64,000 bases of DNA from an uncultured SAR86 cluster bacterium (GCA_902561325.1 CACEOL010000005.1:2220-66219); one strand, 5' to 3'. Counted from the stretch's first letter, positions 1 through 10,449 are shown. Notes: a model not told the origin generated them from the letters alone. Numbers and translations: made by a program.

Positions 1-1
1 T

Positions 2-547
2 GTTGGTCAGCACCAAATGTTTGCGGCACAGTATTATCACTTCAACGAACCAAGAAAATGGATTAATTCAGGCGGATTGGGAACTATGGGTTTTGGTTTG
101 CCTGCTGCAATGGGAGTTAAATTTGCTTTTCCTGATGAAACGGTTGCTTGCATCACGGGAGAAGGCAGCATTCAAATGTGTATCCAAGAATTATCTACGT
201 GCGGACAATATGGTTTGCCCATCAAGATTATAAATCTCAACAACAGAGCGCTTGGAATGGTTAAACAATGGCAGGATATGCAATATGGTGGAAGATATTC
301 AAGTATCTCTTACGAAGACTCCTTGCCTGACTTTATCAAGCTTGCTGAATCTTATGGACATGTTGGTATGAAAGTAGAAAAGCTTTCAGAACTAGAGGCC
401 GCAATGGAAGAGTGCTTTGCTTTAAAAAACAAATTGGTTTTTCTTGATGTCTATGTTGATCCGGATGAGCACGTTTATCCTATGTTGAAAGCTGGTGGAG
501 ACATGTCAGAAATGTACTTAAGCAAAACAGAAAAAACTTTCGAATGA
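2..547 (+). CDS. ilvI: Acetolactate synthase large subunit, 5'-truncated by window edge
   Basis: Open frame from nt 2 ([10 protein letters not shown]); [16 protein letters not shown] and TPP-binding GEGS...NN motif; followed by ilvH and ilvC. Confidence 0.95.
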   Translation, partial: VGQHQMFAAQYYHFNEPRKWINSGGLGTMGFGLPAAMGVKFAFPDETVACITGEGSIQMCIQELSTCGQYGLPIKIINLNNRALGMVKQWQDMQYGGRYSSISYEDSLPDFIKLAESYGHVGMKVEKLSELEAAMEECFALKNKLVFLDVYVDPDEHVYPMLKAGGDMSEMYLSKTEKTFE

Positions 548-1056
548 ATCATATTGCCTTGCTAATGGAAAACCAACCTGGAGCTTTATCCAGGGTGATA
601 GGTTTATTTTCTCAAAGAGGCTACAACATCGATTCTTTATCGGTAGCTCCTACGCAAGATGAAACACTTTCCAGATTGACCATGACTATTGGTGAGGAAG
701 GAGCTGATATCAATCAAATTCTAAAACAGCTATATAAATTGGTTGATGTGGTGATGGTGCAAAATTTAAGTGAAGCTGACGCCTTAACTTTAGAACTTGC
801 AATAATTAAGTTAAATAAGACCAAGGCAGATGTAGAGGGTCTTATAAAAAATTATGAATTTGAAAGAGAAATTTTAGATGAAAAAGATAATTACACAGTT
901 TTCAAAGTACTAGGAGATACTCAAGAAATTGAAAATTTATTGTCTGAATTGAAGAAAGAAGAATTTTTAGAAGTGACAAGGTCTGGTACCTTAGGTATTA
1001 CTAAAGGCAATGAGTCTTTGGCAACTAATGATCAGACTAAAATTTCTTACGATTAA
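544..1056 (+). CDS. ilvH: Acetolactate synthase small regulatory subunit
   Basis: ACT domain [24 protein letters not shown]; ATGA overlap with ilvI. Confidence 0.93.
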   Translation: MNHIALLMENQPGALSRVIGLFSQRGYNIDSLSVAPTQDETLSRLTMTIGEEGADINQILKQLYKLVDVVMVQNLSEADALTLELAIIKLNKTKADVEGLIKNYEFEREILDEKDNYTVFKVLGDTQEIENLLSELKKEEFLEVTRSGTLGITKGNESLATNDQTKISYD

Positions 1057-2103
<1,047 letters not shown>

Positions 2104-2108
2104 ATTTT

Positions 2109-3101
2109 TTAGTTTTCTTCTTCAGAGAGATTTTTAAGTTGCTTCATTAAATTGAAGTGACTGTCATCTCTCATAGGTAGAAAATCATGATCGTATGCTT
2201 TTTCTGGATTCTCTCTTACTCTTCTATCTAAGGCCTTAGCATCGGGCCCAATAAGAATCCGCCACTCTTTGGCTTTGACACCATCCAAAATTACTTTCGC
2301 AGCAGCTTCAGCAGAGGTAATGGCTTTTTCTTTAAAATCTTTTTGTCTATTCATGACCGACTCACGAAACATTTCTAAAGATAGGTTGTGCACTGGCGCA
2401 CCCACTTTAATCCATCTATCTTTCATTTCCTGAAGCTCTTCATCATTCAAATCAGCAATGTCTTTTTGTCCCAATACTTTTCCAGAATTTTCGCTAATTG
2501 AAGTACCAATATGTCCTGGCATCACCAGAGATACACCAAGGTGTGGCGCATTGATACGAAAATCATTGATCAAGGCTTCGGTAAAACCTTTAACGGCAAA
2601 TTTTGCTGCAGAGTAAGAAGTATGAGGTTGAGAATGTCCAAGAGTCGCCCAAAAGCCATTTACACTGCTGGTATTGATCATATGGCCTTCTTCACTTTTA
2701 AGTAGGGCGTCCATAAATGCTCGAGAGCATAAATAAACTCCATCCCAACAAATCTTAAAAGTTCTTTCCCACTCTTCTATTCCAGATAGAACAAAACTTG
2801 CACCGCCACCAATACCAGCATTATTAAAAAGTAAATTGATATGCTCAGTTCCTTGTTGCTCTAAAACTTCATCTCTAAAACGTAAGACATCTTCTTCAGA
2901 TGAAACGTCGCATAAGTGCTTAGTGATTTTTACATGAGGATATTTTTTTGTTGCTTCTTGGAAGGTCTCTTCCATATTTTCTTCAATTACATCGCAAATA
3001 GAGACATGACAGCCTTCTGCAGCTAATTGATAAGTAAGTTCTCTTCCCATACCGGTTCCACCGCCTGTGATAACCGCAATTTTTCCATCAAAATTTTCCA
3101 T
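2109..3101 (-). CDS. Short-chain dehydrogenase/reductase
   Basis: TGGGTGMG, NNAG and YSAAK motifs; start moved to ATG 3101, which follows a GGGAGA SD. Confidence 0.88.
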   Translation of the reverse strand: MENFDGKIAVITGGGTGMGRELTYQLAAEGCHVSICDVIEENMEETFQEATKKYPHVKITKHLCDVSSEEDVLRFRDEVLEQQGTEHINLLFNNAGIGGGASFVLSGIEEWERTFKICWDGVYLCSRAFMDALLKSEEGHMINTSSVNGFWATLGHSQPHTSYSAAKFAVKGFTEALINDFRINAPHLGVSLVMPGHIGTSISENSGKVLGQKDIADLNDEELQEMKDRWIKVGAPVHNLSLEMFRESVMNRQKDFKEKAITSAEAAAKVILDGVKAKEWRILIGPDAKALDRRVRENPEKAYDHDFLPMRDDSHFNLMKQLKNLSEEEN

Positions 3102-3217
3102 CTTTCTCCCAAACAAATATTTCTTAAAGTTTTTTTACTTTACATAGTATCTACTAGAAAAAAAACCTATAATCCTTTTTCCAAGATCAGCAAGATAAGA
3201 TTTTTACTTCTAATTTT

Positions 3218-3294
<77 letters not shown>

Positions 3295-3323
3295 TAGGTA
3301 TTGTCACTCTCAATTAAAGGTTT

Positions 3324-3352
3324 TTGACAGTCAAACTGACATATCCTATATT
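3324..3352 (+). promoter_or_regulatory. Putative sigma70 promoter of the sulfatase gene, overlapped by a palindrome
   Basis: TTGACA (3324-29), 17 bp, TATATT (3347-52); TTTGAC-A-GTCAAA inverted repeat at 3323-3335. Confidence 0.55.
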
Positions 3353-3375
3353 CTTTTTTCAAGGGAAAATTCAAA

Positions 3376-5022
3376 ATGCTTAAGAAGACGCTGTACTCAC
3401 TGATTGCAATTGTTTTTATTGGGGTTATTGCTTGGGAATACAAAGTCAATATCTTAATTTGGTCCTTACCAAAGATGATGAATTTTCTTAGCCCGATTCA
3501 AGAAAACATCCCAACATCTTGGTCTATTGGGCCAGAAGAAGCAGCGAAGGACGACCGACCTAACATAATTTTAATTCTTGCTGATGATATGGGCTACAAC
3601 GATATTTCGCTCCACAATGGTGGAGCTGCTGATGGTTCATTGCAAACGCCACATATTGATGAATTGGCTACAAGTGGTGTTTGGTTTTCAAGAGGTTATG
3701 CTGCTAATGCGACTTGTGCTCCATCTCGAGCATCAATCATGACAGGCAAATATGCTACAAGATTTGGTTATGAATTTACTCCAGTACCCGATCCGGCAAG
3801 ATTTATTCTCACTTGGTTGGTTGAAGAAGACGATGCTGAATTGAGAGGGAGAATTGATCGAGAAGTCGCAAATAACTTACCTTCTTATTTCGATATGGGC
3901 ATGCCAACTGAACAAATTACTATAGCTGAAGTTCTTAAGGATGCAGGATATTACACCGCTCACATTGGTAAATGGCATTTAGGAATTACCAATGGCATGG
4001 ATCCTCAAAGTCAGGGCTTTGTTGACTCTTTGTCGCTTGCAGGGAGTTCTTATCTTTCTGAGAATGACCCTGAAGTTGTAAATGCCAAATTTGATACAAG
4101 CATTGATAAGATGGTTTGGTCTTCCTCTCAGTATGCGGCTAGATTTAATGGCAGCAAACCTTTTGCTCCTGATAAATACGTCACGGATTACTATACCGAT
4201 GAAGCATTGAAAGTGATTGAAAATAACCAGAACCGACCCTTTTTTTTATACTTAAGTCATTGGGCAATTCATAATCCATTACAAGCTTTAAGATCTGATG
4301 TTGAGCAAATGCAACATATGTCCGGCCATAACCTTCAAGTATATTCAGGCATGATTCGAGCACTTGATCGTAGTGTTGGCAAAATTATAGAAAAACTTAA
4401 AGAACTAGAAATCTATGGGAAAACCTTAATCATATTTACCAGCGATAACGGCGGTGCTAACTACATCGAATTAGAAGATATCAATAAACCTTATCGTGGC
4501 TGGAAAATATCTTTTTTTGATGGCGGTATCAGAGTGCCTTTTATTTTTAGTTGGCCTGATCGCATTGAAGCTGGTGGAAAATTCGACGATGCTATTCACC
4601 ACTTCGATATTTTTTCTACGATTGCTGCAGCGGCAAATGTAGAAATAAACAATAAACTCGTTATTGACGGAGTAAATTTACTACCTTTCATTAATAAAGA
4701 GACTTTTAATAAACCTCATGAAACTCTTTTTTGGCGCTCTGGCAATCACCAATCGGTTCTACATAAAAACTGGAAATATTTAATTAGCATTAAAGAAAAT
4801 GCTCGATGGTTGTTTGATACTTCTTCGGATCCTTTTGAAAAAAATAATGTTATTGATAAATATCCAAAACAGGCCCAGGTTATTGAAAGCTTATTGGTTG
4901 AATTCAACGATAAGCAAAGTGATCCTCTTTTCCCGTCAGCTTTTGAAGCCCCAATAATGATTGATAAATATGACGGACAAGAATATGAAGCAGGGGACGA
5001 ATATATTTACTGGTCTAATTAA
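3376..5022 (+). CDS. Cys-type formylglycine sulfatase with N-terminal membrane anchor
   Basis: ADDMG, CAPSRASIMTG (CxPxR), GKWHLG, SDNG motifs; hydrophobic N-terminus. Confidence 0.92.
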   Translation: MLKKTLYSLIAIVFIGVIAWEYKVNILIWSLPKMMNFLSPIQENIPTSWSIGPEEAAKDDRPNIILILADDMGYNDISLHNGGAADGSLQTPHIDELATSGVWFSRGYAANATCAPSRASIMTGKYATRFGYEFTPVPDPARFILTWLVEEDDAELRGRIDREVANNLPSYFDMGMPTEQITIAEVLKDAGYYTAHIGKWHLGITNGMDPQSQGFVDSLSLAGSSYLSENDPEVVNAKFDTSIDKMVWSSSQYAARFNGSKPFAPDKYVTDYYTDEALKVIENNQNRPFFLYLSHWAIHNPLQALRSDVEQMQHMSGHNLQVYSGMIRALDRSVGKIIEKLKELEIYGKTLIIFTSDNGGANYIELEDINKPYRGWKISFFDGGIRVPFIFSWPDRIEAGGKFDDAIHHFDIFSTIAAAANVEINNKLVIDGVNLLPFINKETFNKPHETLFWRSGNHQSVLHKNWKYLISIKENARWLFDTSSDPFEKNNVIDKYPKQAQVIESLLVEFNDKQSDPLFPSAFEAPIMIDKYDGQEYEAGDEYIYWSN

Positions 5023-5049
5023 ATAAACTTAATCCTGAGTTTTTTTGGG

Positions 5050-5080
5050 GAACACCCCTTCCGGAATTGAAGGGGTGCTC
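5050..5080. terminator. Probable terminator hairpin between the convergent sulfatase and receptor genes
   Basis: GAACACCCCTTC / GAAGGGGTGCTC stem (one mismatch), 7-nt loop; no clean U-tract directly after the stem. Confidence 0.5.
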
Positions 5081-5097
5081 TAGGGGGATTCTCTAAC

Positions 5098-7119
5098 TTA
5101 GAAGTTAAAGTTCAATTTGATACCGAAGTTTCGACCAGCTAAAGGCACTTCATTTTTTACAAAAGAAGTGTGATTTCTAGCTTTCTCGTCCATAAGGTTT
5201 CTTCCAAAAACAGATAAAACTAGTTCTTCGTCACTACCGATAGCAAAAGATCTTCTGATATCGAAATCGACCATGGTGTAGCCATCCGTCAAAGATTCAC
5301 CAAAACCAATATCATCTTCTTTTTGTATATCCATAACTTTGATGTCATAAGTAACATCCTCTTGTTCTAGAGCAAAACGATAGACGTTTTTAATTGGCGT
5401 AATTCTTGGAACATTTCCACCACTAGAAAAAGTTCCTACAACTTCGTCTCTACCATAAGAGATTACAAAATCTCCATTATTGGTTGTAAAAGATCTTCCA
5501 ACTTCTACTTCATATCCATTGAAGTCAGCATCAGCTTGCTTGTAATCTACATTTGGCCTGCCACTGGTAACTGTTCCTCTATTTTTAATGTAAATGTAGT
5601 TATCTACTGCATTTGCATAAACTGAGGCATTCACAAAGTAGCCATCATTTTCATAGCTCACGCTAAAATCTAAATTATTGGACCTTTCGGACTCTAAATT
5701 TACGCTACCAAACTCGTTTCTAGCTGCTGCTAAATGAGTACCATTCATAAACAGTTCTATTTCAGATGGAGCTCTTGCAACACTTGAAATACCTAGAGTT
5801 AGACCAACATTATTGTCTAAGTCCCAACCCATTGTAAGCGCAGTACTCAAATCACTTTCGCTAATATCATGAAGAGTGTTGCCAATTGCACCATCTCGAT
5901 TAACCTGATCCAAACGAACACCAAAATCTAGGTCTACAACGTCTAGCTCCCTGCAGATGAAGTAGCCAACACTTAACATTTGAGAATCTACTGGTTTCAT
6001 GAACGCTTCCTCTCCAATAATCGCCACATCTTCTTGGCTGACATTGATTGTCACATTCTGTCTGTTACCACCATCTTGGTTTCCGATATCAAGCTTCATA
6101 CCGAATTCGAAAGATTCGTTAGTGAAAGTTGTTGGACCATGTTCTTCCTCTTCTTCCTCTCCTTCTTCTTCGTGATGCAACTCTACATGACCTTCAGTAA
6201 AGGAATAATCATTTGCTTGAAAGAAATAGCTAAGTTTATCTAACCCACTTAGATTGGTCACAGCTCCTTCTATGGTCACATTTTCCGAAGAAGTATCTGC
6301 TTGAATTCTTTCTTCATGCTCCTCTTCTCCTTCATGCTCTTCTTCTTCACCATGGAAAGCAATACCGTAAGTATTTTCAATCTTGCCTAAAGAAAAACCA
6401 AAATAACCCCAGTCTTCAATTGTTGAAAGACCAAATTTTTGACTGAAAGTTGCTAAATCAGAATTTGCTAAAGTTGTTTCTGCTTCAGGCGAACCTTCGT
6501 GAATGATGGCACCGCTTGGAACCTCGTGACTTTCAAAGTTTACTTCTTTTAAAGCATAAGTCAGATTTATACCACCTACATTGCCTTTATAAGAAAAACT
6601 TCCGGTAGTTCCCATGTTTGCTGTTTGTCTTTCAAGACCTATATTAAAGTCATTACCTTCAAAGTCTTTGTTGGCAATAGTTTGATCAACGATATTGATG
6701 ATTCCACCCATTGTTCCATTGGAATATAACAAGGATGAAGGGCCACGAACCACTTCGATTTGTTGTAAGTCGTTCACATCGACATCATTTAAATGGTCAG
6801 AACCTAGGCCAGAGACATCTCTGACTAACTTACCGTTAGATAGAATTCTCACTCTAGTCCCGCCCATTCCTCTGATAATTGGTTGTCCAACTCCAGGACC
6901 AAAGCCGGATGAATTTACTCCTAGCAAATAGTCAATGCTGTCTCCTAGATTTGTTGAACCTGTATAATTAATGTCATCTCCAGTGATAACAAATATTGGT
7001 GAATCTATTTCAGCAAGTGTTGCTCCTCCAAGAGATGAAGTAACAATGACTTCCTCATCCATTGCATAAAGCACATTTAGAAATGCGAAACACAAAATAA
7101 AATACAAAGATTTTTTCAT
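5098..7119 (-). CDS. TonB-dependent outer-membrane receptor, ZnuD-like (probable metal uptake)
   Basis: Signal peptide, TonB-box-like EEVIVTS, plug motif IEVVRGPSSLLY, two His/Glu-rich loops, C-terminal Phe; SD AGGAGG. Confidence 0.88.
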   Translation of the reverse strand: MKKSLYFILCFAFLNVLYAMDEEVIVTSSLGGATLAEIDSPIFVITGDDINYTGSTNLGDSIDYLLGVNSSGFGPGVGQPIIRGMGGTRVRILSNGKLVRDVSGLGSDHLNDVDVNDLQQIEVVRGPSSLLYSNGTMGGIINIVDQTIANKDFEGNDFNIGLERQTANMGTTGSFSYKGNVGGINLTYALKEVNFESHEVPSGAIIHEGSPEAETTLANSDLATFSQKFGLSTIEDWGYFGFSLGKIENTYGIAFHGEEEEHEGEEEHEERIQADTSSENVTIEGAVTNLSGLDKLSYFFQANDYSFTEGHVELHHEEEGEEEEEEHGPTTFTNESFEFGMKLDIGNQDGGNRQNVTINVSQEDVAIIGEEAFMKPVDSQMLSVGYFICRELDVVDLDFGVRLDQVNRDGAIGNTLHDISESDLSTALTMGWDLDNNVGLTLGISSVARAPSEIELFMNGTHLAAARNEFGSVNLESERSNNLDFSVSYENDGYFVNASVYANAVDNYIYIKNRGTVTSGRPNVDYKQADADFNGYEVEVGRSFTTNNGDFVISYGRDEVVGTFSSGGNVPRITPIKNVYRFALEQEDVTYDIKVMDIQKEDDIGFGESLTDGYTMVDFDIRRSFAIGSDEELVLSVFGRNLMDEKARNHTSFVKNEVPLAGRNFGIKLNFNF
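6133..6357 (-). repeat. Two low-complexity His/Glu-coding tracts in the receptor, one with an imperfect 18-nt tandem repeat
   Basis: FHGEEEEHEGEEEHEER and GHVELHHEEEGEEEEEEHGP; ttcatgctcctcttctcc / ttcatgctcttcttcttc at 6313-6348. Confidence 0.7.
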
Positions 7120-7173
7120 AATCTCCTCCTAAGAAATTAAAAAATTAAAATTAAAAAAGTTTAAAAGTTGGTC

Positions 7174-7461
7174 TTATTGAGGCGGGGCTCTAGAAAGAAA
7201 GTAAGACTGATTCTTTTTTTCATAAAAACTGATTTGTTCAATTTCTATGTTGTCAGAGAAAAAAAGATGATATGAAGTAAATTCAAGTTCATTACTTACT
7301 TGATCGCCGATACAAGAATGACATTCATTTTGAAATTCAAATTCATGATGCTCGACATCATGAGTTTCGTGAGAATGATCATGAGAAAGCTCTCCAAGTA
7401 AGCCACTTGAAGCTAAAACCAAGCTAAAAAGAATTGCTAGTTTGTTTCCTTTCCCTAACAC
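7174..7461 (-). CDS. Putative metal-sensing ribosome-arrest leader peptide (DUF2946/CruR-like architecture)
   Basis: Basic plus hydrophobic N-terminus, HDHSHETHDVEHH, CHSC, C-terminal SRAPPQ; ends 54 nt upstream of the receptor; GTG start. Confidence 0.75.
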   Translation of the reverse strand: MLGKGNKLAILFSLVLASSGLLGELSHDHSHETHDVEHHEFEFQNECHSCIGDQVSNELEFTSYHLFFSDNIEIEQISFYEKKNQSYFLSRAPPQ

Positions 7462-7473
7462 GCGAGAGATTGT

Positions 7474-7479
7474 ATTATA
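7474..7479 (-). promoter_or_regulatory. -10 box for the uORF-receptor transcript
   Basis: Perfect TATAAT on the minus strand 12 nt before the GTG; no good -35. Confidence 0.45.
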
Positions 7480-7524
7480 AAAAAAGATTTTTTACACTTT
7501 TCATTTAATTTTTGGAAGAAAGAT

Positions 7525-8112
7525 ATGAGATTGTCATTTATTTTATTAACAGCTTTTTTTATTTCGTGTTCAGAAATTTCTCATAATTCAGCAGAGTGGC
7601 AAATTAAAACTTATTCTTCTGCTGCACCTTCATACATTGGAGATTTTGCTACTGTGATAGGCGGTAACGGAGAAATATTGAGAGAAGGTACCAACGGCTG
7701 GATTTGCCAACAAGGCAATCCAAGACCTTATCCAAAAGAAGGATGGAAATCTGCTCATGAAGCTATGCCAGCATGTCACGATGAAGAAGGGATGAAATGG
7801 ATGATGGCTTATGCTGAAGGAAAGGCTCCTAATTTAACCAGAGACACATATATGTGGATGCTTCATGGCGATGTTGGTGAAGACAATTTAGTACCTGGTG
7901 TTTTAAACAAAAGTGATTCAACCCCGGGACAATGGATTGAATCAGGTCCACACTTAATGCTGATGCCAAAAGATCCAAAAAGCCTGAAAAATTTCACTAC
8001 TGATTTCACAAATGGAGAACCTTATGTCATGTTTCCAGGAACTGTTTACGCTCATTTGATGATTCCTGTGGAAGGTTATTACGATTACCAGCCTTCAGCT
8101 AAACCAGACTAA
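7525..8112 (+). CDS. Hypothetical lipoprotein, His/Met/Cys-rich
   Basis: Lipobox-like FISC; motifs NGWIC, PACHD, WMLHGD, GPHLM, YAHLMIP. Confidence 0.7.
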   Translation: MRLSFILLTAFFISCSEISHNSAEWQIKTYSSAAPSYIGDFATVIGGNGEILREGTNGWICQQGNPRPYPKEGWKSAHEAMPACHDEEGMKWMMAYAEGKAPNLTRDTYMWMLHGDVGEDNLVPGVLNKSDSTPGQWIESGPHLMLMPKDPKSLKNFTTDFTNGEPYVMFPGTVYAHLMIPVEGYYDYQPSAKPD

Positions 8113-8113
8113 C

Positions 8114-9244
8114 TTATAGAGAGCCAAAGAAGTTTCTTAGTTCTTGGACGTAAAGTTCTGGCTTTTCCAAAGCAGCAAAGTGCCCGCCTGAATCTAAAAC
8201 ATTGTAATACTTTAGGTTGCTGTAGCGTTTTTTAAGCCAACGTTCAGATGCTTTGAAAATCTCTTTAGGATAGATACTTACTCCAGTGGGTGTTTTAACT
8301 TCTCCGCCATTGAATTCGCCAAAACTTTCCCAATATAATCTTGCGGAGGATGTTGCAGTTTCCGTTAACCAATAAAACATAACATTAGTCAGCAACTCAT
8401 CTCTTGATACGGCATTTTCTGGATGGCCGTTACAATCAGTCCATTGGTAAAACTTTTCTAGAATCCAGGCTGCTTGACCGACAGGCGAATCTGTCAGTCC
8501 ATAGCCTAAAGTTTGCGGTCTTGTGGATTGTTGTTTGGAATAGCCAGAGTCCCACTCTTGGTAGAATTGAAATCCCGCTAGAGCGTTTTGCTCAAATTCA
8601 GTTAAATCATTCATGGTATCCATATCAGGAGAAACCACTGCCATATTTAAATGAATAGCTTCACAGTCAGGATCTTGTGTGCCAAGAGCAGTGGTAACCG
8701 CAGAACCCCAGTCACCACCTTGAGCAAAATATTTTTTGTAACCAAGGTCTTTCATGAGTTGAGAAAAAGTATCTGCAATCTTTTCTACACCAAACCCTGG
8801 TTTTGTGGGTTTTCCTGAAAATCCAAATCCAGGTAATGAGGGTGTTACCACATGAAAAGCATCCTTAGGATCTCCACCATCAATTGTCGGATCTGCTAAA
8901 GGTTTAATCACTTTTAGAAATTCCACAATGGAACCTGGCCAACCATGAGTGATGATGAGAGGTTTGGCTTCTTTGTGAGGAGAGGGGTAATGAATAAAAT
9001 GAATATCCAAATCATTTATATTTGTTATGAATTGAGGAAATTCATTAATGTTTTTTTCATTTTTTTTCCAGTCATAATCATTCACCCAATATTCGTGAAT
9101 TTCTTTCATGTAAGACAAAGGAATGCCTTGAGTCCAATCGTCCGGCGTCTCTTTTTCAGGCCATCTTGTGAGTTCCAAACGTTTTTTTAAATCTTCAAGC
9201 TTACTTTCAGGAATATCTATTGAGAAATCTTTTATTTTTGACAT
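8114..9244 (-). CDS. Epoxide hydrolase (EHN-type alpha/beta hydrolase)
   Basis: HGWPGS, GGDWG nucleophile, GGHFAALE; N-terminal DLKKRL..TRWP. Confidence 0.9.
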   Translation of the reverse strand: MSKIKDFSIDIPESKLEDLKKRLELTRWPEKETPDDWTQGIPLSYMKEIHEYWVNDYDWKKNEKNINEFPQFITNINDLDIHFIHYPSPHKEAKPLIITHGWPGSIVEFLKVIKPLADPTIDGGDPKDAFHVVTPSLPGFGFSGKPTKPGFGVEKIADTFSQLMKDLGYKKYFAQGGDWGSAVTTALGTQDPDCEAIHLNMAVVSPDMDTMNDLTEFEQNALAGFQFYQEWDSGYSKQQSTRPQTLGYGLTDSPVGQAAWILEKFYQWTDCNGHPENAVSRDELLTNVMFYWLTETATSSARLYWESFGEFNGGEVKTPTGVSIYPKEIFKASERWLKKRYSNLKYYNVLDSGGHFAALEKPELYVQELRNFFGSL

Positions 9245-9332
9245 GGTATCTTTGAATACAAATTTTATGTTGTATTATTTCTCCTCAAATAAGAAAATAT
9301 CATAATTAGTTAAAAACTTACGACTTTTTATC

Positions 9333-9542
9333 ATGGAAAAATTAGCTGAGTATTTTTCAACCCATCTCGAAAATTGGGGACTAGTTTGGTTTTGTTTAAT
9401 TTTTTGGGGAAGTATATTCAACGCAATTTTTCTTAATTTTTTTAACTTCAATTCAGAATTCTATCTAAATTATTTAGGCTACTTTGCAGGACTTATTCTT
9501 GGCATATTCGCTAAATACAAAGCTTGGGGTTGGTTAGGATGA
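9333..9542 (+). CDS. Small membrane protein (about 2 TM helices)
   Basis: 69 aa hydrophobic; ATGA overlap with the desaturase. Confidence 0.6.
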   Translation: MEKLAEYFSTHLENWGLVWFCLIFWGSIFNAIFLNFFNFNSEFYLNYLGYFAGLILGIFAKYKAWGWLG

Positions 9543-10447
9543 ATCAATTTATTTTGGATAACCAAAAACTTCTCTCTATTGATGAGGAACGTATAGTTGC
9601 CAGAACCTTCATGGGCAGAATAGAGTGGGAAATGATTGTCATTGGATTAGGACAATTTTTAGTCTGGCTGGGGATTTGGGCAATGGTTTTAATGGGATCT
9701 TTATCGCTTTGGGCGGGATTTGTGCTTAGCACATTATCAACTTCATTCTCATATCTACCGTCTCACGCAGGTCAGCACGGTCACCTTTCTGGAAAGAATA
9801 AAAAATTAAAATGGTTAAACGCATTTGTCGGCCAGATTTCTTTAATTCCTCTTGCGCAATCGCACCATGTTTTAAAAGCGATTCATATGAAGCATCACGC
9901 TTACACCAATAACCCTGAAAGAGATCCCGATTTTTTTCATACTCACGTTGATCACTGGTGGCAGGCAGCTATAAATGTACACGGTCAGACGAATGGTGGA
10001 GATTCAAGACTACAAAAAATGATGGAGATGTATACCGAAGAAGATGAGAACTTTAAATCCGATATAGAAAAAGGAACCCCTTTTGCATTGATGTTTTTTT
10101 TCGGTCAAATGATTGCAGCCTTTTATTTTCCTCTGGAGACGTTGTTTCTATGGTGGCTTCCGAGAAAAATTGTCACTTCATATTTAGGAATTATTTTTTC
10201 TCATGAACCTCATAAAGTTTTGCCGCAGGGGAGATATAAAGATACTAGGTTTTGGGTAAATGGGATTCCTAGATTTTTTAATCATTCTATGCAAATTCAT
10301 GTAATGCATCATATGTACCCAAACATTTGTCATTTTGACGAACCTAAAGCAATAGAGGCTTTGAAACCTTTTATGGTTGCAAGAGGTATCCCTGGTGCTG
10401 ATGACCTCCCGGATAAGATTTCTTATAAACTTCTTACTTACAAATAA
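9539..10447 (+). CDS. Membrane fatty-acid desaturase / hydroxylase family protein
   Basis: His boxes HAGQH, HMKHH, HVMHH; TM segments; start at ATG 9539. Confidence 0.85.
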   Translation: MNQFILDNQKLLSIDEERIVARTFMGRIEWEMIVIGLGQFLVWLGIWAMVLMGSLSLWAGFVLSTLSTSFSYLPSHAGQHGHLSGKNKKLKWLNAFVGQISLIPLAQSHHVLKAIHMKHHAYTNNPERDPDFFHTHVDHWWQAAINVHGQTNGGDSRLQKMMEMYTEEDENFKSDIEKGTPFALMFFFGQMIAAFYFPLETLFLWWLPRKIVTSYLGIIFSHEPHKVLPQGRYKDTRFWVNGIPRFFNHSMQIHVMHHMYPNICHFDEPKAIEALKPFMVARGIPGADDLPDKISYKLLTYK

Positions 10448-10449
10448 TA

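Noticed and set aside
6133-6357. Repeats as a CRISPR array or contingency locus
   Set aside because: In-frame Glu/His codon runs without a repeat-spacer structure
7120-7524. Cobalamin or other riboswitch upstream of the TonB receptor
   Set aside because: No recognisable riboswitch core; the space is filled by the uORF and an unstructured U-rich spacer
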